A stretch of 62,840 nucleotides of DNA, the filler included, from Collodictyon triciliatum (Eukaryota), in assembly GCA_043381765.1 (NCBI GenBank). It is 9 parts of 9 records of this genome, joined end to end, with 100 filler letters (N's around TTAATTAATTAA, not from the genome) between each part and the next. Parts side by side here need not be neighbours in the genome. Positions count along the whole stretch, not along the records: positions 13,459 to 20,090 come from JBHJMP010004342.1; positions 20,191 to 26,815 come from JBHJMP010004343.1; positions 26,916 to 33,539 come from JBHJMP010004344.1; positions 33,640 to 40,259 come from JBHJMP010004345.1; 5 more parts are not named here. One strand, given 5' to 3'. The notes beneath the pieces were generated by a model, which was not told where the DNA came from, searched no databases, and worked only from the letters and a program-made list of their open reading frames with translations. A program made the translations under genes and the position numbers. Below are positions 13,622-40,030 of the stretch, piece by piece (within the stretch, counting starts at the first letter, position 1; each line of letters starts with the position of its first letter).

Positions 13622-16600
13622 TTATGGAAAATCTGCTTCTGATTCAAAAATGAGCTTCTTTCTAATTTCCTTGCTTTGTTGGGCTGCGTTACGATACATA
13701 ATATTTAAGGCTGTCAGTCCTATGAGAATAATTGAAGTTTGATTGCTTTACCCGATGACGAAATGTGCTAATATATATTTTGAATATCTTCCTAGGAGCA
13801 TTAATTATGTTCGTGGCTTTACAAAGGGCGATATATCTTTCAATTTACCTGAGCTGTATTGCCAATACTCCATATTTTTCTGAGCTGCCATTTGGTAAAT
13901 ATTACTGAGGGATAAGGCGGACCTGGATTCAAAGAAGAGTAAGCAAAATATCCCGATGCTCTTAAATTAACGTTCATAGTTTATTTTTATAAAAGAATGA
14001 GCTAATATATGATAATATAACGATGAAAAGTAAATACTACCGGGGCACAAAATCATCTATTTCCTCTCCATCCATCATAAAAGCCAGATGATATAGCTCT
14101 TGGTACTTCATTATTTCTTCTACGAGATAGAGTTTTGCTGATTCGATTACATCCTTACTGGTATCAATCGCGCTGTTTTTGCAATAGATCCACAATGTGC
14201 CATAATTTGGGTCTGCATTCACACACAACTACAGGGGACATATGTTACATATTACGAATTACATCCAAATAAATAGAGGACAATAATATATGTAGAAAAG
14301 CAAACGTATCAACGAATACCCTATCTATCTCATTTGTCGGGCTGTTCACTCCTTTTGTGAGATATTCGAGGCGAATGAACTCAACAAAGGAATCTCCGTA
14401 TTGCGGTGTAAATGATATCGCATAATTTAAGAGTTTTCGAGCTATAGGGTATATAAAGGTTGTTATATTTCTATCAAAAAAAAAAAACTCATCTTCATTC
14501 AAAAGCACCATGCTTTTTCTATTATGAATTATCTGCAATATTATATGTATCAGACTTTAAAGAAATGAAAGCTATATGTATACCTAGCCTAAGGTTAAAG
14601 AATTTTGACAAAGGATTCATCACAATTCTTGCGCCTTCACACCAAACTTCTCCTGACTTCGGCGTTTCTCGCACTGCATCAAAGAATGTTTGGAGTTGGG
14701 CGTCCTCACTGATATTTACCATCAACTGAATCAGGATGGCCCATAACCTTCCTGTTCCAGGATGACGCTACAGAATAGAATCACAGCAAAATATGTTGGT
14801 TCCATTAGACTCCAAAAAAAAAAAATAATCAAACACCCACTTGGTCGATGCCTCTTACGAAAATTGAATATTTGAATATTAGATGATGGTGGTTATTACC
14901 TGAAGAGATTCTTTCGCTCTCTGAATGGCAGAATCAATTCTTGCTCGTCTTATCTCAAACATTATCAGTTCATGTGATACTTTCCATTCATGATTAAATT
15001 CTAATTGTGTGTCTCTAAGTATCGATGCTGCTGCATCTTCATTCATGGAAAATTCCTCAATCCTTGCGAGACCAATCATCAGCATATATTTCATCTGTGA
15101 ATCGTGTTTAAAATCGACCCTGGTTATTTCAGAAAGGTACATGATAAAGGATGGGTGTATAACTTATCTAACATGACCAAACAAAACAAAGAGTTAAGAG
15201 AAAGCAGAAAGCAGAAAGCAGAAAGCAGAAAGCAGAAAGCAGAAAGCAGAAAGCAGAAAGCAGAAAGCAGAAAGCAGAAAGCAGAAAGCAGAAAGCAGAA
15301 ATACTTTTTTCTTGGCTGGAATATCCGAAATGGCCCTTTGAGAGAGGCGTATCGAAGTTTCAATACTGCCCAGGCCAGATTCAATTCTAGCACATTCAAG
15401 CCATACCTGGTTTGTTTATTGTTTTTATTTGTTTTTATTTGTTTTTATTTGTTTTTATTTGTTTTTATACATAAAAAATTATATTTGGAAACTGACATGG
15501 CTGAAAAGAATAAAAGAAAAACATAAGGGGATAGAATTCAAAAAGAAAATATATAATCACAGGCAAATGATACCTTCCAACGATGGCTCACTGGGCAACT
15601 GTTCAGTGCCTTAATCATAGCATTCTTTACATCAGCAAAAGTAACCGAGTGTTTTTTTAAAAGCAAACGCTCAAGGGCTAGGGAATACTCGAAATGAATT
15701 TTCCATATCGAATCACTTGATAGATGCTGGACTGAATCTTCCAACACTTTTTTCAATGTGGTTAAAGGGATATGCCCTTCACAGACCATTTTTTCAGAAA
15801 GCCGAAGTGCCTGAAACCAGATAGGGTGGTAAGAATGGATTTTGTGTAGTCCTTTCATGCAGATATCGTAAGCTGCTATATAGTTTCCGCATCTCTCTTC
15901 AAACTTTGAAGCGTCATAAAATAGATGCTCAGGCATATCTACCTTCCCAAGGAGATACTAATATGATGGTAGGCAAAGGAAGTGTTTAAATTTAATGTGT
16001 ATGATGTTCATATTTGATATCGACCTACTTGAATTATATCTCTTGCCCCTGATTCATTCCCAATTCTGGCCTCCATCCATGCTCCTTCCAGAGCAACTTT
16101 AACAAGGTTTTTTTTATCTTTTACATTCATCGCCAACTGAATTACTTGCCTCGCCTATAATTATTTATTTCAGCTCACATTAATCAAGAGCTTTTTGTTA
16201 ATCCTTTTCTTTCATGATGTAAAAATATTAAACCCCACTAACATTTCAATATTACCTTTTCAATGCTCTTGTTTCTTTCCTGGAGTTTTATGTATTTTAT
16301 TACAAGCGTTTTGTAATAATTTGTCTGCTTCAGCCCCTCGAGAAGAAGGCCCTAAAATAGAATAATCGTTTTGCTCTTCGCATTAAAAAAAAAAAAAAAT
16401 AATAGAAAGTAATATGATATGATTGTATACGCCAGTAAGGCCAGGAAAAATTCACATAAATAATCTGTTTACAATATAAGGGCGTTAAGGAAATAGCATC
16501 GCTATTGGATATGTCAATAACCTCGCATTCTTTAAAGCATCCACACTCTTCTTCTAACTTGGACCATTCTAGCCACCCTTGATGACTAGAAGATTTGAAG

Positions 16601-19517
16601 GTAACGGATTGTCTGAAAAAGTGTCGCGCGTCGCTTAGCAGTTTTTCTCTTTTAGCCATCCCAGCCAGATCCAAACCTGAACGAAAGGGGAAGGGTTGGT
16701 TTTTTTAAAAAGACATTTAAATTAGAGGAAAATAAAGAGAGCAATACAATCATCTTTCACAAACATACAACTAAATGTGCAACCAATATGTTGTCTTTGC
16801 TCTATTTTCTCTCAATAGATAAAGGAAAGAAAGTGCTTCGAATGAGTGTTTTAATATTCGATTCTTGATCAAGCATGTTAGATTAAAGTTTCAAAAAGAC
16901 ATATATTATTTTCTCTCTAATCGATAAAGGGGAAGGAATTTTGTATAAATATATAATTTTGGGGTTTTTCCTATTAAACTTACATATTTTGGACCAATAA
17001 TCTTTAGGAATGGCCAGAATGGACTTTTCTATTCGCTTACGAAAACCATTGAAGGTTTCCTGTTACATGAGTATCATATTTTAATATTTTTTTCCTTTAG
17101 TATCATATTTTAATATAGAATTACACGTGAATTTTTAGTCCGTATTTTTATGCAGCATTCATCGCAGCATTGGAGTTGTGTAGAAAAAAATAATCTTTTG
17201 GACAATAGATGAAATGAATCACCTTTTCAAGAGGCTGAAACTTTAGAGGAATCTGTTTCTGGTTGATTTTTTCGACGGTGCTACCCAATTCATCCGTTTT
17301 CGCTTGAATTATTTCTCCAGGCTGTAGGGGGCAAACATCTGTACATTCAGAAGAATTGGACTCCAGAGGTTCCTCCACCTTGTGACGGAAAAATAAAACT
17401 TTCGCAGCTATTCCATGGTCAGTGTTAACCGAAACATCCTTTATCTCGTGTCCCTTGGAAACGTTCGAATGGTTATCATCACATCCCCATAGCTCATTCT
17501 CCGTAGGACTTTTCACGGAAGGAGAAAATGCGATGTTGTAGCGATTATGATTAGCTATATTCATCCGATTTAAATCTTGAGAGAGCTTCTCTGGAGTATG
17601 TTCGAATACACTGTCGTAGTAAACACCATCCTGATTTCTTCCTTTGCTATTCAAATATGGAGATTGGGGGCTAGCTCCCGTAGTATTTTGAACTCCGTTT
17701 CTTGATGGGGTTAACAGAAGAGAAGTATTGTTGCGTATATTATCACGAGTACCGATGGGATATGTTTGTCTTGCGTGTGAATGATTTCTTTGTGTTGTCG
17801 TGTTGCTAGAAAATCTTCCAGGATAAGAACGAGAGTATTTCTCATCTTTAGATAGAGAATCGTGTTCTATTCCCTGGTGAGATACTCTGTCCTTGTTTTG
17901 TGTACAATAGCCACATTCCGATGATAATACGAGAGATTGTCTTGGTAAGGCAGCTTCGATATCCAACTTGGCTATCGAATCTTGAAGCGCATCCCTTTCA
18001 TGATTTACGCCAGTAAAGGTTGTGACAGAAAAAAATGAGTGCTCAGGCGTAGTAGACGATAACAAGGTGGTCAAATTTTGTGGTTGTTGGGTTCTTTTGA
18101 CGCTAGGAATCTCCAATGCCAAGGAAGTGTTGGAGTTTGGGATGAAATCTGCTACTATGTTGAGGCCTGGGTCTAATTGTATCCCTTTTCTCTGGTCCCA
18201 CACACGCACTTCGGAGGAGGGGAACGTCCTGTGCTCATGCAATATTGGAGAGCGACCCCTGATAGATCCTTTTAGACAGCTTGAAAAATCGGGTCCGCAA
18301 TCAGGCCCGAACAAATAAGCTGCTGGTGACCCCATAAAACCTCCGAGTGTATCGAATGGTTCTTGAATACCTGCTGAGATTTTATGTTGTTTTTTTTTTA
18401 AAAAAAAAAAAAAATAGAGCGCATTCTTCCATAATTTAATACGCCATGAGATTATAATAGATATGACGTCTGTGGTTGTTTACTTGAAGCATTTGTTTTG
18501 CGTATCTCTTTTGATTCGCTCATCCCATAATTAGAATTAATAGGAGGGCAGCCCTGCAATATTTTACAATCTTCTTGATCCGTTGGGATTCTACTGTAAG
18601 TATTTAAATAAAAAAAAAGAAGCATCTGCAATAAATGGTAATATGGAAAATATAAACCCCAAAGTTGTATAAACAGCTACGATGTCAAGTAAATTTACCC
18701 TGGAGCACAGTGTTGAATGGTTGGTGCAGTAAGCGTTTTATTTACTTGAGGTATCGACCTACCCATATTTACTCGATTTTGGGTGGATACGTAGTTTTGC
18801 GTCCTACGTGGGGAATTAGGCCGCCGGGGGATAGGAAATCCTCGTGTATTGTTTACCGTTTGATATGATTGTAATGTTCTGCTTGGGTTGCTATGATTTT
18901 CTGGGGATGACTGCATATTGGAGCCTATACCGCTTGCGTGATAAACTGAGTTAGATTCTAGCATATTTGAGTTCGATAAGTTATCCATAGGAACAGAATC
19001 TGATGTCCCTTCTACTGTCTGTTGTATATGACCAATATTCGTTGAGCTCCTTGACTGGAATCGTTGTTGGCGACGATTCAACGAATTTCCGCTCTTGTTT
19101 TGCTCATATCCAGTAGGCCCTAATGTATACACGGAAAAAAAAAGAGTTAGCTATAAGAACGGCTTTGGGAAAAAAAAACAATACAAAAGGAGGAAAATAC
19201 TCTGGAGATAGTTTACATATATTAAACATGCTGTGGCCAACTTTTTTTCTTCTTTTAAATCTTATTTTTAATTTGTGCAAGGTTGTGGAGGTTTTTGCCG
19301 CGCTTTAGCAACCCTTCACAAGCTGGGAGGTTTCGTGTTGTTGTTTCCATATTTGGTATGCTTTGTTTCTTTTGCTTGCAAAGGTATGTTGGTTTGATTG
19401 TTTGAGATGAGGCAAATAAAAGAGGATATTACCGGTTGGTTCTGAGCTTTGTCGGTGCCCTGTATGCGAATATCTTCCTTTTCCTCTCTTGTGGATGTGA
19501 CCTTGAGAAAACTGCAT
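13622..19517 (-). CDS. HAT/TPR-repeat protein (PRP6-like helical repeats) with a long S/N/P-rich disordered N-terminus
   Basis: Exons encode QGWLEWSKLEEECG, ASKFEERCGN..PIWFQALRLSEK, VWLECARIE, TGRLWAILIQL, PKSGEVWCEGARI, FTPQYGDSFVEFIRLE and CVNADPNYGTLW, ending ..RKKLIFESEADFP* (TAA 13622-13624). Large exon near 17220-18370. 5' start uncertain. Confidence 0.8.
15200..15302. repeat. (GAAAGCA)n heptamer array, intronic
   Basis: Directly visible; starts just inside a minus-strand donor. Confidence 0.95.
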
Positions 19518-20018
19518 GGCTTATGTAACCTCTTTTGACTTGCGTTTGTCTTCCTTCGATATGGTGTGCCTTCTAGCTGGAGGGGTAATGTTGTTGTGTG
19601 CGTTTCTTCTCCCTCACTTTTGTACTTATCCTCTTATTTCTCCTTTCTTTGCCTCTTTGTCTTGGTTGTTCTTGACAGAAAAACACTTTTTCAGGTGACT
19701 TTCGGGAATGCCTACGTGTCTAAAGAGTATGTTACGAATTAACAGGGATATTGTAGGGTGGGTTTTTCTTAGACTTAACATGTTCAGGGAAAGGTATTCA
19801 TTATTATTTTTTTCTCCTTTCTCTCCGCCTTTGGGCTAAATATCTGCAAATTTTCATTCATTCATCTGAGGAGATACAAAGACCGGCAAAAGGAGGTTGG
19901 ACAGACAACCCTATCTTCTTCTCATTCCCACAAATCCGATAATAGAATATAAGAGCAATTTTTTAGATTGTATTCCTTCGAGGTTCGCTTTTTTTTTTTG
20001 TTTTTTTGTTTTTTTTTT

Positions 20019-20090
<72 letters not shown>

Positions 20091-20190
20091 NNNNNNNNNN
20101 NNNNNNNNNNNNNNNNNNNNNNNNNNNNNNNNNNTTAATTAATTAANNNNNNNNNNNNNNNNNNNNNNNNNNNNNNNNNNNNNNNNNNNN

Positions 20191-23626
<3,436 letters not shown>

Positions 23627-24275
23627 AGAGTTCTGACCTGCTTTCACTTCGAGTGGACTCTTTGAAATGGCGGGCAGGTCCAGGGTCTCATCCCAACATA
23701 GACAGAGTTTATTTCAAAGACTTCCACCCCATTAAAAATGCATTTCTCATGTTGTGTATGAATAAATGTTCGAGCCGAAGGAATGACGGTTATTGAGTGT
23801 AGAGAACCCACGCATGGCTCCACCTTTAATCACGATGAAGACCGTCCCTCATATGAGTCTTTATCATATAGATGGCATAGGAAAGCGTGCATATGTATTG
23901 TTTTGACGAATATTTTTTTTTAAAAAAAAAAGTGGAATGTCCTTTTATGTCGAAGTCTGGATAAAAGCCGCTTTGGGAGATAAATAAAACGCCACGAAAG
24001 GTTGTTTACAAAAATATAATGTAAGATAAATCACAGAAGACCAAGGACAGGATAGAATAAAGCCGAAGTGCTGTGATTTTTTAGTGCATCAGGCCAGTGC
24101 AAGTCCGGAAGAAAAGAGAGACAGAAATAGACATCAAGGCGAAGGGTCACCAGGAAAATTCAAGCGATGAGTTCGTATGTACAAGGTGAATTTTTTTGTG
24201 GTATTGTCTTATCAATAAGAGTGAGTATATCCAGGTGGCAGAGATTATGGATTCACGGCATTTTGGTGCCGCATC

Positions 24276-26669
<2,394 letters not shown>

Positions 26670-26760
26670 TCTGTGCTGTTGAGCGCAAGTGTAGAGTGCG
26701 GGTTGCTGTAGGTTCTTTTTGGCTTGACTTGTGCCAGTGAGGCCCTTCGCGACTAGTCTG

Positions 26761-26799
<39 letters not shown>

Positions 26800-26915
26800 C
26801 TTTTTTTTTTTTTTTNNNNNNNNNNNNNNNNNNNNNNNNNNNNNNNNNNNNNNNNNNNNTTAATTAATTAANNNNNNNNNNNNNNNNNNNNNNNNNNNNN
26901 NNNNNNNNNNNNNNN

Positions 26916-29900
26916 TGATTAGTCGTACTGTTCTTGGATTCTTTGCGCAACCAGGAGGCTCAAGCAAATGAGTTTCCCAACGTTCGGGCAGAAAAAGAGC
27001 GCAGCACAACGGACAACGGACGGTAGTAGGGTTTGAATGGGCTAAAGAGAAGCTGTATTAGTTTACACATAATGAAACTGGCAAATATTCCGACCAAGTT
27101 TACGCTGAACAAAAAAAAATCAATTGAGAGGGCATATCAATACTCACGCTGGCATTTTATTGTGTGACTTTTCCTCTGGCTACCAAGAATTACCGTCTGA
27201 CACACATCACACTCGATGTATTTATCCTGCGTTTTTATCGTTTATTAAATTGAAGGGAATTAATATATTGACGATTAAGTGTTTAAATAGAAAATGTATA
27301 CTATACCTTATCTGAGCAATCGCGAGTTAAATGGTGTCCAAGATTTTTGATTTCTATCAGCTGAAATGGAATGTGAATGAAGTACTTCACAGTTCGAAGA
27401 ATTTTACAGTAATAGAGGAATCAGACAATATTATATTTTGAAATTCTTCTTAAAATACAACCTGATTGCAATGAGTACATGGAAATATCATGGGGCAATC
27501 ATTTTGTCTGTGAGCTTCGATAATTTTCATAGTTGCTTGAGACTCAGTGTAGTTACAAAAACGACAAATTCTGTATTTTTTTTTTAGTTTCTTAACACAT
27601 ATTAATATAGACATAAATCAACTTGGTTACTCAAAAAAAAAGAAGCTCATACGCTTCAAGATGGTCTTTTTGGGCACTGGATTGTTCTTGATTCCGAAAG
27701 GACGGCCTTTGTTGAAAAAAATACAAATTTATTCAAATACTGTTTTCATTTATTTATTTATTTTGATTTTATTCAAGAAGCACGATAAACCATGTCCTGC
27801 TCGATATTTCCTCTAGAATTTTCTTGTATGGACTCTTGTTTGCAGCCTGTTTTGCACATCTATTTTAGTCATTTTGCAAGAATTTCTTACATATCAGAAT
27901 TATTACTCACTAACAACGAAAAATATTCACATATATTATTCCACATATTTATGCAAAGATAGGAAAAAAACGCACAGTTTCTTTATCAACACCTGATACA
28001 GCATTCTTGGCTTTTTTTCATGCATAACATAGTTTAAATAACATAAATATCAAATGTGTATATTTCCTTTTGAGACAGACTTTTATTACAAATTATATTC
28101 ATGGTGTCTTAATCGCAACGATGTAAGAAATGCCTATGTGATAAGCTGAAATCTACCCAATTCTTCGCCGGTCCTTGAATCAGATGAAAACACATATAGC
28201 AGTTGAAAAGTTAAAATACGAAGGTATAAGATTATACAAGATAGCCGAGTTGGTAGAACTTTACTTTGAATAGAATAAAGAAGAAAAAAACAGAATCTCT
28301 TTTCTTTTGGTCTATAGTTACCTCCCTTTCAGTTCATGATTCCCTCCTTAATATTAAAAATTGTTTTAGATTTTATCATTTTGGCAATACTATAAATAGA
28401 TATCCAATTTAAGATATAATCGAAAGGCAATTCATACCATGATTAGTATAAATTCTTTTGGCATTTTCAAATCCCTTCAGGAGAGACTGTACGATTATAT
28501 CAAAAAGAATGAATTATATGAGGGTTTTATATACGAAATCTCGCACTATATTGGCTTTTCTTTACCTGAAGTTGAACCGGTTTTAATCTTTTGAGAAGCG
28601 GTTGCATATCAGCTTCATTAGCGTGTAGATGTAAGATAGACAGCAGCTTTGAAGTCAACATGAGTGCATTTGTCAATTAAGTGCTAAACTGAATGCAGAA
28701 AAAAAAAAGGTATAGATCACTTCGAAAAAAACCTGCGAATTTTAAATACCTTGATTGAAGAATTCCTGACATCTTCATTTGAATACGTTAAGTATGGCAT
28801 TGAAAAGTCTATGACCCTCTGAGTCACCGCAAGATATTATAATAATGCACTCAGCACATGAATTATATTTAGTTGTTTTTTCAAGTATCATCGGTACATA
28901 AATACAATCTCCAAAATAAAACCTTCGCATTCATCCCTGACCGCCTGGAAAGTCCATCTGAGGCGAGTATGTCACTAAGGCGCTCCATTCTGACTGATGG
29001 GGACTTATTTTATTAATATAAAAAATATAAACCATCTGTAAATGTGTTTATTGCTATTTATTGCCCTACGGTGAATAGCTTTGGAGTTGGAGTGTGCGGG
29101 AATATCCATCAAATGAGGGGTCAGTATGTTATTCGATAAGTTCTAAAATTTTATTTGATATTATTTAATTTCTCAACATATTCAGGATTTCTTTCGAATT
29201 TACTTATTGATTAATGTAACCAATAAATTTGCACCTCAGACATGATAATTTTTTTGACAGAATCTGATGATTTTTCTCTTAGCCTCGTATTAGAGTCACT
29301 CATTTTTTGTACTAAAATAGCTGCGATACCAGCAAAGTGGGTATCGACTTTGGTAGATTGCAAACTCTTTGAGTTCTCTACAAAACATAAAACATAATAA
29401 TTTCAACTTGAGAAATTTAAAGGCGAAAAAACATAGATTTATTTCACTTGACTTAAGCTTTGAGTAAGGTTGTCGAGGGTACTAATTTGGAATCAAACCA
29501 ATAATCTTGTCGAGCAGCTCGACTGATTTGATGGAGACCGTGATGGAGCTGTCCAACATTAGTTTTTCCACCAGCTTGGTGGTTTCTTTAATATTCGCAG
29601 ACTTAAATTTTAAATATTAGTGTTACTGCGCCTTAGTGTTCATTCACACAAAAAAAAAACGTTTTTATGTGAAAAAAATACAAACATTAATCCACGATGC
29701 GTTTATTTTCGAAATCATTTCGTCAATACCCTGGTGATTATTTTACACATTTATTAAACCGCTGTTCAGATGCAACACAAAGCCTATGAAATGAATGGGT
29801 TCTTAATTATGTCAGATAATACCTGTGATTTGTTGCTCCAAGATTTTGAGTACAGTTAACGGATGGTGACTTCGCCATATACTTTTATCAAGCTCTTCAT

Positions 29901-32900
29901 TTCGTGAGCTGCATCAGGTGTGAGGTGCTCAAGTCCTGGTATATCTCTATCTGCAGCAAAATGAAGAAGGAAGAAGAAAATGAAAAATAAACCAAAAAAC
30001 AGACGAGGCAAGATAAAGGAAAAGATAAGAAATCAATACAGATTTGTGAGTGAAAATAAAACATGTCTTTATATGTTGTACCTATTGAGCTTCTCGTAAA
30101 TTCATTCGTTTCCATCTAAAAAAAATAAAAATGCATGACCGCTCATTTCATGATGACTCGATCGATATTTTAGTTCATTTCATTCTAGATACTATTTTAA
30201 ATCTAAGAAACAGATATATTTTCTATTTAAACATGAGACAGACCTTTTCGGGAATATTCATGTGTCCTTTTTTAGGATTGTTTTGTGTTTGAATCGTCGG
30301 TTTACTCTGGACATTTCTTGTAAAAGAAAGGAATCACCTTGAATTAGATTGGTTCATAGGGATGAATTTATAGTCATAAATAAATTTGGTTACATTTTGC
30401 GTTTATCCACTACTAGGTCAGAGAAATGCTGTTGATTTTGTTTACGAATAGATTATTGATTAGTTCAACCAATCGTTGATTTTCACTTATAATAGTAAGC
30501 ATGGAGAATTACCTTCTGGTCACCAAAACCTACAGCATAAAATAAATTAAACTTGATGTGGCTTCATCGCTTGTGGAACCGAAGTTTATGGACATTAGAT
30601 TGTATGTATTGGAGTATGAATAAAATAATGACCATCATGGCCGAAGGTATCGGAACTTCTCTGTATTTTTCCTTTTGATTAAATAAATGTAAACATGTAT
30701 AAGTAAGTCCAAAAATGGTTTTGATAAATCGAGTACATTTTATTATCTCACCAATATTGCTCCATTATAAATATTTATTTTATTCTACTGATATTATTTA
30801 CTTTCCTCGATCAAATCGTAAGCATTTTTGGCCTCATCATAATGACACTGGTCATCTAAATAATAGATTGTTTCATTTAAACTATTCAATACCACAATTT
30901 CATTGAAATCAAGATAAGTTCACTCATAAATTAAAAGCACAATGTTTCAACTATTCACATATCATTACCTTCCATTCTGAAGTAGATTTCTGCAGTACTA
31001 AAACGATTTAAGATAAGAAAAATTCTTCTATCCGAATAATTCATAAAATATTAGAAATTACTTTTCCACTGGTTCTTCCTGGGCCTTTTTCTAAAGGCGA
31101 TTATTTCATAAATTAACCAGTCAATTTATCTCAAGCGAGGCGATAATATATTTGTTTTGAAACTTTTGATTGGCATATTATTCGAGTATGTTTTTGAAAT
31201 GTTGACCTATGTCGCTATCATTCATCATCATTTAGGTTTCATGGTATGTTCTACCTCTTTGTTGAGAAGCGTGGTATCACGAATGAAATCGACTAATCCC
31301 AACATATCCCTATATTAGGTTAACTATAATAGCGGGATACAAGGGTAATGTTATATAATTAAAGAAATACAATTCCCTAACGGCGCCCATCTTTAATTCG
31401 CTTTCTTCTCTCTAATAATTTTGAAAAATAATGATTAGCATCTCAATTTTATTTCCATTATTTTTGGGATGAGATGAAAAGCTATCAGCTTTGCTGACCT
31501 TAATCATTATGGCATCGTCGAATTCTTCATTTGAAACAGCATCGACCTTTATTTTTTGGAGAGCTTCAATCGCTAAAAATGTTCTCTTTACAAGCTCCAG
31601 TCCAATCTTCATATTCTTTGCTTTTTCATAATCTTCTCCTGTTTCATTTGCTATCAATTTTTGCATAATAAAACAGCAGACTTACGTGGCAATATGCAAG
31701 AAATGCTAATAAGTGGCTATCTTTTATGTCGATTTACTTTCTGCTGCCTCTTTTTTCCCCAGTTCTAGCATCGGCGTAGAATCAGCAAAAATTTTCTCGA
31801 AATCAGCAATCGATACATCTGGATGCTCTGTTAACTTATCTACCTATATAATCCATGGGTTGCAGTGAAATCGCACAATATCATGATGAAACAAGAAAAA
31901 GAGGATACTGATGTGTTAATTTTTTCCCTTACCTGAACGAACGCATATGGTTTACTTTCAAGATCCTCACCTATGAATCGAAGTGCGACAATACCTACCT
32001 TCAAAGAGAATTATAAATTAGTAAATAAGTAAATGATAAACGTGTAAACAGTACCAATAAATGATAATGATACAGTTCGTTTCAGGTTGGCTGGAGTTTT
32101 TTCTTTAATATTTTGAGGTATATAGTATTCTAAAGCCCACTTTCAATTCGGAAAATGAAGTGGTTGATTTTTTTAGCAAACTGTAGCTAGAATATGTAAA
32201 AAAAAAAAAGTGTGAAGTTTGTGCTCATACTTGAATCTTCGGATTGTACTTGTTGATGTGGCATTTGTGTAATATGAGCTTTAGATACTGAAGTTTTGTA
32301 TTGATTTGGACGGTTTTCAGCTCTCTGGCCTTGAGTAAGATCATTTGGATGAATTCAAATGCACATTTTCTTAAAATAATCCGTATGATATCCAATTATC
32401 AATACTTCACTGATTTAATAATAATGGCCGTCCATGTGATGAAAATAAGTACACTTACATCATGAGAATAATAAAAAGAAAAATACCCTGAAACCAGATC
32501 TCTCGTTCGTGTCGAATGTAACATGTCTTGCATATTAGAAAATGGGCATAAATCAGGGCAACAACAAATAAACATTTCCTTATTCATTTGTATAGTTCAT
32601 ACGATTTGAATGTGATATTTTTCGTCAAAATTAAAAGATATCATTATGAATTTCAAGTCATTTGACTCACTTAACCAAGTATGAAGAAATAAAAACAAAT
32701 TGCACACATGCTGCAGTGTAAAACACAAAACAGGAAACAAAAACAAAAACAAAAACAAAAACAAAAACAAAAACAAAAACAAAAACAAAAACAAAAACAA
32801 AAACAAAAACAAAAACAAAAACAAAAAGGAAAGAGATAAGAAAAGTGCATACCCGATTTTCGTAAACAACTTATCCATCCCCGCATAAAAATCGACTTTG

Positions 32901-33193
32901 GCTGGTATTTTTGACTGATGTGAAAGAATCTGAACTCGGAGCACATGCATAGGCTGCAAAAGCATCAAAACCAACTCTTGTGGGAAGCTGCAGAACGGTT
33001 CAGAGCACCAACCTCGCGTGCTTGGGCCTTGTGAAAGCAACTCTGCAGCCGGAAAGTCTTTGTCCTCGCTCGAGGCATAGGCAAGTGCAAAGTCGACCTG
33101 GGCCGTGTGTGGGCGAACCAGGCTGGATGTTTCAAGGCTCTGGCTCGTGTTCTGCGTTTGTTGCTCGTGTTGCTGACTTTGTGCACTCTCCAT
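26916..33193 (-). CDS. CEP104: Centrosomal/ciliary tip protein CEP104 (last codons cut by the contig edge)
   Basis: N-terminal SSEDKDFPAAELL..GWCSEPFCSFPQELVL..QILSHQSKIP, NERSGFRARELKTV and VGIVALRFIG; E.YEKAK coiled coil; helical TOG-like middle; four C2HC fingers (ICRFC..H..DCPM, CTHCNQLIEI..HLTRDC, CDVC..H..KC, RCPLC..WETHLL..GCAKNPR). Confidence 0.92.
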
Positions 33194-33320
33194 CTTCAGT
33201 GGAACTGGTCTTTTTATCGGAAGCGCGCTCGTGTTCTTTGGCCGCACGAGAGAGACTGATCGGCTTCAGTGAGGCTTGCTTCGTTGCTATGATGTTCGTG
33301 GAGTATACATACGTAGTGCA

Positions 33321-33539
33321 AACAAAGAACCAAAGAACCAAAGAACCAAAGAAATAAAGAAATAAAGAAATAAAGAAATAAAGAAATAAAGAAATAAAGA
33401 AATAAAGAAATAAAGAAATAAAGAAATAAAGAAATAAAAAAATAAAGAAATAAAGAAATAAAGAAATAAAGAAATAAAGAAATAAAGAAATAAAGAAATA
33501 AAGAAATAAAGAAATAAAGAAATAAAGAAATAAAGAAAT
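33321..33539. repeat. (AAAGAAAT)n array upstream of CEP104 at the contig end
   Basis: Directly visible. Confidence 0.95.
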
Positions 33540-33639
33540 NNNNNNNNNNNNNNNNNNNNNNNNNNNNNNNNNNNNNNNNNNNNTTAATTAATTAANNNNN
33601 NNNNNNNNNNNNNNNNNNNNNNNNNNNNNNNNNNNNNNN

Positions 33640-40030
<6,391 letters not shown>

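Noticed and set aside
19815-19850. Resemblance to the U2 snRNA 5' end (ctccgcctttgggctaaatatc)
   Set aside because: No GTGTAGTA branch-pairing region or Sm site follows.
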